Virus genome (UHGV): UHGV-0101498
DNA length: 33,788 bases
Direction: 5' to 3' (one strand)
Source: a virus
The notes below the pieces were generated by a model, which had not been told where the DNA came from, searched no databases, and saw only the letters and a list, made by a program, of their open reading frames with translations. Positions 18,502 to 26,591 of the stretch are shown piece by piece (position 1 is the first letter of the stretch; the number at the start of each line of letters is the position of its first letter). A program made the translations under genes and the position numbers.

Positions 18502-18940
18502 ACTGCAGAAGGTGGACGACTGGCTGAGTGCCTTGCTGGCGAATCTGGAACCAGCCTCGAGAAGCCGCATGATGCGCCAGCTGGCGCAGGAACTTCGCCG
18601 GACACAGCAGCAGAATATCAGGATGCAGCGCAACCCTGACGGCAGCAGCTATGAACCGCGACGGGTAACAGCACGCAGTAAAAAAGGCCGTATCAAACGT
18701 CAGATGTTTGCAAAGCTGCGCACCACAAAATACCTGAAAACTGCCGCCAGCACCGACTCTGCCAGCGTGCAGTTTGAAGGCAAGGTGCAGCGCATTGCCC
18801 GCGTTCACCATTACGGCCTGCGAGATCGCGTCAGTCGTAAGGGACCGGAGGTGCGTTACGCAGAGCGTCGCCTTCAGGGTGTAAATGATGATGTTGAGGC
18901 AATGACCCGCGACATGATTCTGCAATGGCTGGCGGGGTGA
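18494..18940 (+). CDS. S: Tail completion protein (P2 gpS-like)
   Basis: RMMRQLAQELRRTQQQNI...MFAKLRT...RVHHYGLRDRV, matching P2 gpS as recalled. Confidence 0.85.
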   Translation: MAELQKVDDWLSALLANLEPASRSRMMRQLAQELRRTQQQNIRMQRNPDGSSYEPRRVTARSKKGRIKRQMFAKLRTTKYLKTAASTDSASVQFEGKVQRIARVHHYGLRDRVSRKGPEVRYAERRLQGVNDDVEAMTRDMILQWLAG

Positions 18941-18944
18941 TCTT

Positions 18945-18962
18945 TGTATCAGCACTGATACA
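18945..18962. promoter_or_regulatory. Late-promoter activator dyad TGT-N12-ACA upstream of V
   Basis: Palindrome TTGTATCAGCACTGATACAA seen directly, 55 bp before the V ATG. Confidence 0.55.
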
Positions 18963-19008
18963 AGTTGCAGCACTGCCGCCTTTCTTCCCCTGATGGCAAC
19001 CTTTCCCT

Positions 19009-19587
19009 ATGAACGCACAATTAACCGAAATCATGCGCCTTATCACCAACCTGATCCGCACAGGGGTAGTCACCGAAGTGGACAGGGAAAACTGGCTTTG
19101 CCGGGTGAAAACGGGCGAGCTTGAAACCAACTGGATCAGCTGGCTGACGCTGCGTGCCGGGAATGCCCGTACATGGTGGCGACCATCGGAAGGTGAGCAG
19201 GTGGTGCTGCTGAGTCTGGGCGGCAATCTGGAAACCGCCTTTGCGCTGCCCGCTGTCTATTCGAATCAGTTCGCACCACCGTCGACGTCGGCGGACGCCT
19301 GCGTGACAGAACATCCTGACGGTGGCTGGTTTGAATACGAACCCGCCACCGGGCGCTGGTATGTCAGGGGCATCAAATCAATGGTCATTGAGGCTGCTGA
19401 CAACATCACCATGAAAACCAGTGAGTTTGTACTGGAGGCTGACCGCACGCGCATTAACAGCGAAGTGGTGATCAATGGTGGCGTTACCCAGGGCGGCGGA
19501 GCGATGAGTTCTAACGGGATCGTGGTTGATGCGCATCAGCATACTGGCGTCCTGAAAGGCGGCGATACAACCGGAGGCCCGGTATGA
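19009..19587 (+). CDS. V: Baseplate spike/assembly protein (P2 gpV-like)
   Basis: Position and similarity pattern to P2 gpV (WISWLTLRAGNARTWW.PS.GEQV). Confidence 0.85.
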   Translation: MNAQLTEIMRLITNLIRTGVVTEVDRENWLCRVKTGELETNWISWLTLRAGNARTWWRPSEGEQVVLLSLGGNLETAFALPAVYSNQFAPPSTSADACVTEHPDGGWFEYEPATGRWYVRGIKSMVIEAADNITMKTSEFVLEADRTRINSEVVINGGVTQGGGAMSSNGIVVDAHQHTGVLKGGDTTGGPV

Positions 19588-19943
19588 CGCTTTATAGCGG
19601 GATGAACAATACCAGCGGCAAAGTCATTACTGATATTGATCATCTGCGCCAGTCGGTGCGGGACATTCTGCTGACACCGCAGGGTAGCCGTATTGCCCGC
19701 CGGGAATATGGTTCCCTGCTGTCGGCACTGATAGATCAGCCACAAAATCCGGCATTACGCCTGCAGGTCATGTCGGCAGTGTATGTGGCGCTGAGTCGCT
19801 GGGAGCCACGGTTGACGCTGGATTCCATCACCATCAACAGCAATTTTGACGGTTCAATGGTGGTGGAGCTGACCGGGCGGCGGAATAACGGTGTGCCTGT
19901 GTCCCTTTCCGTATCAACAGGAGCAGAGAATGGCAGTGATTGA
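19584..19943 (+). CDS. W: Baseplate protein (P2 gpW-like)
   Basis: 119-aa ORF overlapping the V stop; GP46/W-like pattern. Confidence 0.8.
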   Translation: MTLYSGMNNTSGKVITDIDHLRQSVRDILLTPQGSRIARREYGSLLSALIDQPQNPALRLQVMSAVYVALSRWEPRLTLDSITINSNFDGSMVVELTGRRNNGVPVSLSVSTGAENGSD

Positions 19944-20838
19944 CCTTTCGCAGTTGCCTGCACCGCAGATTGTGGATGTGCCGGACTTTGAGACGCTGCT
20001 TGCCGAACGCAAGGCAGAATTTGTGGCGCTTCATCCGAAAGATAAGCAGGAAGCAGTGATCCGCACGCTGGAACTGGAATCTGAACCCGCCACTAAATTG
20101 TTGCAGGAGAACGCTTACCGTGAGTTGCTTCTGCGCCAGCGCATTAACGAAGCCGCGCAGGCGGTGATGGTGGCTTACGCGATGGGCGGCGATCTTGACC
20201 AGCTCGCTGCCAACTACAACGTGACACGCCTGACGGTGACGCCTGCTGATAATGATGCTGTGCCGCCCGTTGCAGCTGTGATGGAAAGCGATGAAGCGTT
20301 GCGCCTGCGTGTGCCTGCAGCCTTTGAAGGGCTTTCTGTTGCGGGGCCAACTGCAGCTTATGAATTTCATGCCCGAAGCGCCGACGGTCGGGTGGCGGAT
20401 GCCAGTGCAACCAGCCCGGCACCTGCAGAGGTGGTGCTGACTGTCCTTAGCCGCGAAGGCGATGGAACTGCAGAAAAAGACCTGCTGGACGTGGTGGAAA
20501 AAGCTCTGAACAGTGAGAACGTCCGCCCGGTGGCTGACCGTCTTACGGTTCGCAGCGCAGAAATCATCCCGTATCGCGTGGAAGCCACCATTTTTCTCTA
20601 TCCTGGACCGGAAGCAGAGCCGGTAATGGCAGCGGCAAAAGCCAGCCTGCAGAAGTACATCGCCAGTCAGACGCGTCTTGGTCGGGATATTCGCCGTAGC
20701 GCCATCTTTGCCGCCCTGCATGTTGAGGGGGTGCAGCGTGTGGAGCTGGCTTCTCCTCTGGCGGATGTGGTCCTGAACAAAACACAGGCGGCATCATGTA
20801 CGCAGTGGAGCGTAACCAACGGAGGAACGGATGAATAG
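19930..20838 (+). CDS. J: Baseplate wedge protein (P2 gpJ-like)
   Basis: ATG 19930 (MAVIDLS) after GGAG; position after W. Confidence 0.8.
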   Translation: MAVIDLSQLPAPQIVDVPDFETLLAERKAEFVALHPKDKQEAVIRTLELESEPATKLLQENAYRELLLRQRINEAAQAVMVAYAMGGDLDQLAANYNVTRLTVTPADNDAVPPVAAVMESDEALRLRVPAAFEGLSVAGPTAAYEFHARSADGRVADASATSPAPAEVVLTVLSREGDGTAEKDLLDVVEKALNSENVRPVADRLTVRSAEIIPYRVEATIFLYPGPEAEPVMAAAKASLQKYIASQTRLGRDIRRSAIFAALHVEGVQRVELASPLADVVLNKTQAASCTQWSVTNGGTDE

Positions 20839-21436
20839 TCTGCTGCCACCGGGTTCAACACCACTGGAGCGCCGACTGGCGCAAACCTGCAGCGGGATTT
20901 CTGATCTGCAGGTGCCGCTTCGTGACTTGTGGAATCCGGCAACCTGTCCGGTCAGTTTCCTGCCTTATCTCGCCTGGGCGTTCTCTGTGGATCGCTGGGA
21001 CGAGGGCTGGACAGAAAGCGTCAAGCGCCAGGTGGTGAAGGATGCTTTTTATATTCATCAGCATAAAGGGACCACCAGTGCCGTGCGGCGGGTGGTGGAG
21101 CCGTTCGGATTCCTGATCCGCATTATTGAGTGGTGGCAGACCGGAGAAACACCGGGCACGTTTCGCCTGGATATCGGCGTGCAGGACCAGGGCATCACTG
21201 AAGATACCTATCTGGAACTTGAGCGACTGATAAGCGATGCCAAACCATGTAGCCGCCACATGATCGGCATGTCCATCAATCTGCAGACCAGCGGCCCGCA
21301 TTGGGTGGGAGCCGCCAGCTATCTTGGCGAAGAAATCACGATCTATCCGTATATCAACGAAACGATTATTTCCGGTGGCACCGCGCATGAAGGCGGGGCG
21401 GTCCATGTTATTGACACAATGAGAGTGAATCCATGA
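20831..21436 (+). CDS. I: Baseplate/tail protein (P2 gpI-like)
   Basis: Position and length; overlaps the J stop. Confidence 0.75.
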   Translation: MNSLLPPGSTPLERRLAQTCSGISDLQVPLRDLWNPATCPVSFLPYLAWAFSVDRWDEGWTESVKRQVVKDAFYIHQHKGTTSAVRRVVEPFGFLIRIIEWWQTGETPGTFRLDIGVQDQGITEDTYLELERLISDAKPCSRHMIGMSINLQTSGPHWVGAASYLGEEITIYPYINETIISGGTAHEGGAVHVIDTMRVNP

Positions 21437-22896
21437 GCACAAAATTTTATACCCTGCTGACGGATATTGGCGCGGCGAAACTTGCCAGCGCCGCCGCGCT
21501 CGGTGTGCCGCTAAAAATTACCCATATGGCGGTGGGCGATGGCGGTGGAGTATTGCCAACGCCGGACGCAAAGCAGACGGCACTGGTAAATGAGAAACGC
21601 CGGGCTGCGCTGAATATGCTTTATATCGACCCGCAGAACAGCAGCCAGATTATTGCCGAACAGGTGATCCCTGAAAACGAGGGCGGTTGGTGGATACGTG
21701 AAGTGGGCTTGTTTGATGAGTCCGGGGCATTGATTGCCGTGGGCAACTGCCCGGAAAGCTATAAGCCGCAACTGGCTGAAGGTAGCGGGCGCACTCAGAC
21801 CGTGCGCATGGTGCTGATTACCAGCAGCACGGACAATATCACCCTGAAAATCGACCCTGCTGTAGTGCTGGCAACCCGCAAGTATGTGGATGACAAGGCA
21901 CTGGAGCTGAAGGTGTACGCGGATGATCAGATGGCAAAACATCTTGCCGCACCGGACCCGCATTCACAGTACGCGCCAAAAGCCAGCCCGACATTTACCG
22001 GAACCCCCAAAGCGCCAACGCCAGCGGCGGGGAATAATACCACGCAGGTTGCGACCACTGCGTTTGTACAGGCGGCACTGACGGCCCTTATTAATGGTGC
22101 GCCAGCCACGCTGGACACGCTGAAAGAAATAGCCGCAGCCATTAACAATGATCCGAATTTCAGTACCACCATTAACAATGCGCTGGCACTAAAAGCACCG
22201 TTGTCGAGTCCGGCACTCACCGGAACGCCAACAGCCCCCACGGCGGCGCAGTCGGTCAACAATACACAGATTGCCACTACGGCTTTTGTGAAATCGGCGA
22301 TTGCAGGAATGGTGGGTTCTGCACCTGCTGCACTGGATACACTGAACGAACTGGCGGCGGCACTGGGGAATGATCCGAACTTTGCCACGACAATGCTTAA
22401 TGCGCTGGCAGGTAAACAACCGCTGGACAATACGCTTACCAATTTGAGTGGAAAGGATGTAGCTGGTCTTCTCACATACCTTGGTTTAGGAGAAGGCTCA
22501 GCATTGCCTGTTGGCGTACCTGTTCCGTGGCCTTCAGTCACACCGCCAACAGGCTGGCTGAAATGCAACGGTGCAGCTTTTTCTGCCGAAGAGTATCCGG
22601 AACTGGCAAAAGTTTATCCGACAAATAAATTGCCAGATTTACGCGGCGAATTCATTCGTGGGTGGGATGATGGAAGAGGAATTGATTCAGGACGGACTCT
22701 CCTGTCTGCTCAGGACGGGAGCATTGAGGCACACGGCCATGATTACAATGGGGCCATCTATACTTCTAGCGGTCCTTCCTGGGCTAATACGACGGATGCG
22801 GGACACCGGGCATATTCGGGATTTACATCATCATATGGCGGGAGCGAAACCCGTCCACGAAATATTGCATTTAACTATATCGTGAGGGCTGCATAA
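21433..22896 (+). CDS. H: Tail fibre protein (P2 gpH-like), C-terminal tail-collar-type receptor-binding domain
   Basis: N-terminus MSTKFYTLLTDIGAAKLA...MAVGDGGG as in P2 H; internal repeats; C-terminal WLKCNGAAFSAEEYPELAKVYP...LPDLRGEFIRGW. Confidence 0.85.
   Translation: MSTKFYTLLTDIGAAKLASAAALGVPLKITHMAVGDGGGVLPTPDAKQTALVNEKRRAALNMLYIDPQNSSQIIAEQVIPENEGGWWIREVGLFDESGALIAVGNCPESYKPQLAEGSGRTQTVRMVLITSSTDNITLKIDPAVVLATRKYVDDKALELKVYADDQMAKHLAAPDPHSQYAPKASPTFTGTPKAPTPAAGNNTTQVATTAFVQAALTALINGAPATLDTLKEIAAAINNDPNFSTTINNALALKAPLSSPALTGTPTAPTAAQSVNNTQIATTAFVKSAIAGMVGSAPAALDTLNELAAALGNDPNFATTMLNALAGKQPLDNTLTNLSGKDVAGLLTYLGLGEGSALPVGVPVPWPSVTPPTGWLKCNGAAFSAEEYPELAKVYPTNKLPDLRGEFIRGWDDGRGIDSGRTLLSAQDGSIEAHGHDYNGAIYTSSGPSWANTTDAGHRAYSGFTSSYGGSETRPRNIAFNYIVRAA
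21982..22422 (+). repeat. Two tandem repeats of about 73 aa inside the tail fibre gene H (phage-fibre repeat)
   Basis: Translation shows ...TGTPKAPTPAAGNNTTQVATTAFV...DTLKEIAAAINNDPNFSTT... repeated as ...TGTPTAPTAAQSVNNTQIATTAFV...DTLNELAAALGNDPNFATT... Confidence 0.7.
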
Positions 22897-23495
22897 TGGA
22901 TAACGCCGTATTAAATAGCGAGCTTATTGCCACGAAGGCGGGGAATATTACTGTTTATAACTATGATGGTGAGACGCGGGAATATATTTCTGCATCAACT
23001 GAATATCTTGCAGTGGGTGTCGGTATTCCAGCATATTCCTGTTTAGACGCTCCTGGTACATCTAAGGCTGGTTATACAATTTGCCGTTCTGTGGATTTAA
23101 AATCATGGGAATATGTGTCAGACCATCGCGGTGAAATCGTCTATAACACCGAAACGGGAGAATCGAAAGAAATCACAGCTCCGGGTGATTATCCTGAAAA
23201 TACAACCACTATCGCCCCGTTAACGCCATACGATAAATGGGATGGTGAAAAATGGGTGACGGATATCAATGCTCAGCACGTAGCGGAAGTGGAAGCGGCA
23301 GAGCAACAGAAATCTGTGCAGCTTCTGTTCGCAAAGGAAAAGATCATTCTTTGGCAGACTGAATTACAGCTGGGAATTATCAGCGACGAAGATAAAGAAA
23401 AACTAATATCTTGGGTGAACTATATCAAAGCTGTTCAGGCAGTAGATACCCAGAAAGCTCACAATATCATCTGGCCTAAAAAACCATTCATATAA
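22896..23495 (+). CDS. G: Tail fibre assembly chaperone (P2 gpG-like)
   Basis: Immediately follows H with an overlapping start/stop; 199 aa. Confidence 0.8.
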   Translation: MDNAVLNSELIATKAGNITVYNYDGETREYISASTEYLAVGVGIPAYSCLDAPGTSKAGYTICRSVDLKSWEYVSDHRGEIVYNTETGESKEITAPGDYPENTTTIAPLTPYDKWDGEKWVTDINAQHVAEVEAAEQQKSVQLLFAKEKIILWQTELQLGIISDEDKEKLISWVNYIKAVQAVDTQKAHNIIWPKKPFI

Positions 23496-23497
23496 AT

Positions 23498-23522
23498 AAA
23501 CGCCCCTTATGGGGCGTATTTT
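23498..23522. terminator. Bidirectional rho-independent terminator between G and the convergent acyltransferase gene
   Basis: AAACGCCCC-ttat-GGGGCGT followed by ATTTTG. Confidence 0.65.
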
Positions 23523-24676
23523 GCTGCTTGCACGTTATTCTTTGGAAGAATTTTATTTGATAAATAATTGGAAAATTTTATCGCGTTATCATCAATTAGC
23601 AATTTAAAAATTAAAGCTGCAAGTATTGAAGATAATAAAGTGATTGGGAAAGTAATAAGTAAAGACTTTCCGTATGAAACTCCTGCATCACCAAGCTTAA
23701 TTACGATCAAAGAAGATATTGAAGCTATTAATGGAAAATGCACCAGATAAAGAGAGTATGATACATCTCCAAGAAATTTACAGGTTTTTGTTTTGAATAA
23801 ATTTGAGATAACTATTGATTTATCAATTGCTATAATAAGAAACATTGAACCAAAGGCTTGAGAAACAATTCTCAAATCAAAGTAAGTTATGTCACTGTTA
23901 TTTATCCAGATACTATGTTCAGTTATAAAATATGGGTATGAACCTAGGTAACATCCTAGTAAAATAAACATAAAGATAATTGTGGTATTAATTTTCTTTA
24001 TATTAACTGAAACATCTGCACAAATCACCCCTAATATAAATCCTAATAGATGACTTGAGCTAAATACCACAATACCCAAAGTATAAAAAGCAAACCTAAT
24101 TCTGGTAGTGCAAACTAGTGGGACCAGAACGAGTACAAGAATTGAGCCAACCAATTCGGTGTGAATGGTCCATAATACTGGGTTTAATGTTTGAACTCCG
24201 TAAAAATATGTACCAATACCCCCTTCCCATACCGCATTCAGTAATGTCATTGTAGTTGGCATCGCTGGGATTACTTGTGATAAAGAGTACACTGCAGTTT
24301 CTGATGAATGAAATCCAATCGTTGTCATCAGAATAAAGGAAAATATAGTAGATGCAATGGTAGGTATTGCAAGACGTGGGTATCTCTTGATAATGGATTT
24401 AGAGTACCATTCTAGCCCCTTCCCTTTGAAAAAGGGAATCGATAGAACCATTCCACTCAAAACGAAGAAAAGCATTACGGCAAAGTGACCATTATATAAT
24501 ATATTAAATGGAGTTTCACTTATGTATTTCTCTCCATAATGATCTATCTGATTTTGAACAAAAACAGATGGTAGAAAGAATTGCATGAAATGGCTTATTA
24601 AAACTATCAAGCAAGCTATACCACGAATACCATCCAGTGCGTGATCTCGGGAAGGCGTCGTTAATTGTTGAACCAT
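23507..24676 (-). CDS. Integral-membrane acyltransferase (acyltransferase-3/OafA-like); candidate O-antigen or surface-polysaccharide acetyltransferase
   Basis: About 390 aa with about 10 predicted transmembrane helices; N-terminal LDGIRGIA...LISHF motif; AT-rich. Alternative start at 24691. Confidence 0.75.
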   Translation of the reverse strand: MVQQLTTPSRDHALDGIRGIACLIVLISHFMQFFLPSVFVQNQIDHYGEKYISETPFNILYNGHFAVMLFFVLSGMVLSIPFFKGKGLEWYSKSIIKRYPRLAIPTIASTIFSFILMTTIGFHSSETAVYSLSQVIPAMPTTMTLLNAVWEGGIGTYFYGVQTLNPVLWTIHTELVGSILVLVLVPLVCTTRIRFAFYTLGIVVFSSSHLLGFILGVICADVSVNIKKINTTIIFMFILLGCYLGSYPYFITEHSIWINNSDITYFDLRIVSQAFGSMFLIIAIDKSIVISNLFKTKTCKFLGDVSYSLYLVHFPLIASISSLIVIKLGDAGVSYGKSLLITFPITLLSSILAALIFKLLIDDNAIKFSNYLSNKILPKNNVQAAKYAP

Positions 24677-24918
24677 CAATTCCTCACACATTGTAATAAA
24701 GTATTAAAATAAAATAGTAAAAGCAGAATATACAAATACGAAAAGCGGAATTATACTTTACAAGAGTGCTTGATGCTATTGTTTTGTCGAGATTTATAAT
24801 CTGATCTTCTGTAGATGTTGTCCTGGCATTGTCCAATCATGATCTATGGGCTGGCTGGCGAACTTTCGATAGTGCGAGTATTGAATGATTTCCAGCCGTT
24901 ACCGATTTTACGTGTTAA

Positions 24919-25167
24919 TTAGTGAACAAACCACTCGTCAGCAGATTCCCAGGTATCTTTCAGAGTCTCCTGAACAAAAGTTTTTGCAGAATCCTTATCT
25001 GCGGTGCGTGTAACAGAAAGGCCATCGTTGCTGGTGGCTTTTACGATCACCTCTACATCGTCATAACGTTTACTGATGCGTCGGGTTAATTCTTCCTTTA
25101 ACGCATCCACAGCACCGGTTGGCATTTTAGTCATTTTTTCTTTGGCTATGCAGATTTCAATACGCAT
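24919..25167 (-). CDS. DinI-family protein (82 aa)
   Basis: [31 protein letters not shown]...[11 protein letters not shown], strongly DinI-like; GAGGGA RBS. Confidence 0.8.
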   Translation of the reverse strand: MRIEICIAKEKMTKMPTGAVDALKEELTRRISKRYDDVEVIVKATSNDGLSVTRTADKDSAKTFVQETLKDTWESADEWFVH

Positions 25168-25180
25168 AAAAGTCCCTCTA

Positions 25181-25200
25181 TACTGTGTTTGTATACAGTA
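25181..25200. promoter_or_regulatory. LexA box TACTGTGTTTGTATACAGTA (near-perfect palindrome) upstream of the DinI-like gene
   Basis: CTGT-N8-ACAG seen directly, 14 bp upstream of the start codon. Confidence 0.75.
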
Positions 25201-25208
25201 TTATTTTT

Positions 25209-25228
25209 AACTGTATGGATAAACAGTG
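25209..25228. promoter_or_regulatory. Second LexA box aACTGTatggataaACAGtg
   Basis: CTGT-N8-ACAG, 8 bp from the first box; abuts the stop of the tyrosine recombinase gene. Confidence 0.6.
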
Positions 25229-25855
25229 TCAAGAGGTCTTATTTCTGCTCCTTTGGAGCTCTTCAAAACGATTATGTAAAGATTTCGGATACAGTTCGGT
25301 ATATACCTGCCATAGCACGTTTAATGAACGATGCCCTGTAACCTGGGCGACTTCCTCAATACTAAAACCAGCCTCAAATAAGCGACTTGCCCCTTCTCTA
25401 CGCAAATCATGGTATCGCAGATCTTTAATACCTAATTTGCTTCTTACCCTCTGGAATCCCGCAGTAACAGAAGTGCTGTTATATGGAAAAATGAATTCTG
25501 ATTTTTTGGGTTGTCGTTGGACGATATCCCAGGCTTCCCCAAGCAAGGCTACTTTCATATGGTTGCCTTCCTTTTTACGTGGATCTTTCCTGTCTCTTAC
25601 GAGTATGGATTTTTGTTCCTGATCGAGATCCTCCCATCGTAATCGGCATACTTCACCGATTCGCATACATGACCACACAGAAAATTTGAGGATATCAACG
25701 AACGGAATTTTTGAGCATTTATGTGTAGATCGTTGTTGAAGACCTTCAATGAGCATGTCCAGTTCATCAGATGCCGGTCTACGATTACGACGATTTGATT
25801 TACCAATTAAACCAACGTTTAAGAAAATGCAGAGGTAACAGCTAACTGGCATCAT
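25229..25855 (-). CDS. Short tyrosine recombinase (catalytic domain only, about 208 aa): FimB/FimE-like switch recombinase or 5'-truncated integrase
   Basis: R (RIGEVCRLR), HxxR (YHDLRREG) and H...Y (GHRSLNVLWQVYTELY) motifs present; no N-terminal core-binding domain; no good RBS. Confidence 0.55.
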   Translation of the reverse strand: MMPVSCYLCIFLNVGLIGKSNRRNRRPASDELDMLIEGLQQRSTHKCSKIPFVDILKFSVWSCMRIGEVCRLRWEDLDQEQKSILVRDRKDPRKKEGNHMKVALLGEAWDIVQRQPKKSEFIFPYNSTSVTAGFQRVRSKLGIKDLRYHDLRREGASRLFEAGFSIEEVAQVTGHRSLNVLWQVYTELYPKSLHNRFEELQRSRNKTS

Positions 25856-25882
25856 CTCCGGTTTTTATTCAGGGGGATGATC

Positions 25883-26449
25883 ATGCTTATTGGCTATGTA
25901 CGCGTGTCAACAAATGACCAGAACACCGATTTGCAACGTAATGCACTGAACTGCGCGGGATGTGAGCGGATTTTTGAGGACAAAATCAGTGGCACTAAGT
26001 CCGACAGACCGGGGCTGAAAAAACTACTCAGGACACTATCGGCAGGAGACACGCTGGTTGTCTGGAAGCTGGACATGTTGGGGCGCAGTATGCGGCATCT
26101 TGTTACGCTGATAGAAGAGTTGCGCCAGCGTGGTGTGAATTTCAGAAGCCTGACTGACAGTATTGATACCAGTACCCCAATGGGCCGTTTCTTTTTTCAT
26201 GTCATGGGTGCCCTGGCTGAAATGGAACGCGAACTGATAGTTGAACGTACCAGGGCAGGGCTGGCTGCAGCTCGTGCCAAAGGCAGAGTAGGTGGACGCC
26301 GTCCTAAGTTGACCACCGAACAGTGGGCACAGATTGGGCGTTTACTCGAGGCCGGAGAATCAATACAGCGTATTGCACTGATTTTTGATGTAGGCGTTTC
26401 TACCATTTATAGAAAATTTCCGGCAAATAAGATCAATGAATCCCCCTGA
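25883..26449 (+). CDS. Serine recombinase, DNA invertase of the Hin/Gin/Pin family (188 aa)
   Basis: MLIGYVRVSTNDQNTDLQRNAL...SLTDSIDTSTPMGRFFFHVMGALAEMERELIVERT with a C-terminal HTH, nearly co-linear with Hin/Gin as recalled; GGGGG RBS 6 nt before the ATG. Confidence 0.85.
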   Translation: MLIGYVRVSTNDQNTDLQRNALNCAGCERIFEDKISGTKSDRPGLKKLLRTLSAGDTLVVWKLDMLGRSMRHLVTLIEELRQRGVNFRSLTDSIDTSTPMGRFFFHVMGALAEMERELIVERTRAGLAAARAKGRVGGRRPKLTTEQWAQIGRLLEAGESIQRIALIFDVGVSTIYRKFPANKINESP

Positions 26450-26497
26450 ATCAGCATTATGTTGATTATCCCTGCAAGCAGACAAATACCGTTATTT

Positions 26498-26515
26498 TGT
26501 GTGAATAACGACACA
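26498..26515. promoter_or_regulatory. Late-promoter activator dyad TGT-N12-ACA upstream of FI
   Basis: TGTgtgaataacgacACA seen directly, 86 bp upstream of the FI ATG. Confidence 0.55.
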
Positions 26516-26591
26516 ACTGCGCTTAGCTGTTTGTCAGGCACAATCACTTCAACATAGGGCGAAGCCTAATCCAATCAGGAGGTTCGCCACT

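Noticed and set aside
25229-25855. Calling the tyrosine recombinase a definite pseudogene
   Set aside because: All catalytic motifs are intact and FimB/FimE-type recombinases are naturally about 200 aa, so truncation cannot be concluded from sequence alone.
23478-25867. 8-bp inverted repeat TAAAAACC/GGTTTTTA as a full invertase crossover-site pair
   Set aside because: An 8-mer match in AT-rich DNA is expected by chance, and the putative core dinucleotides (AT versus CC) do not match. Kept only as a low-interest observation.
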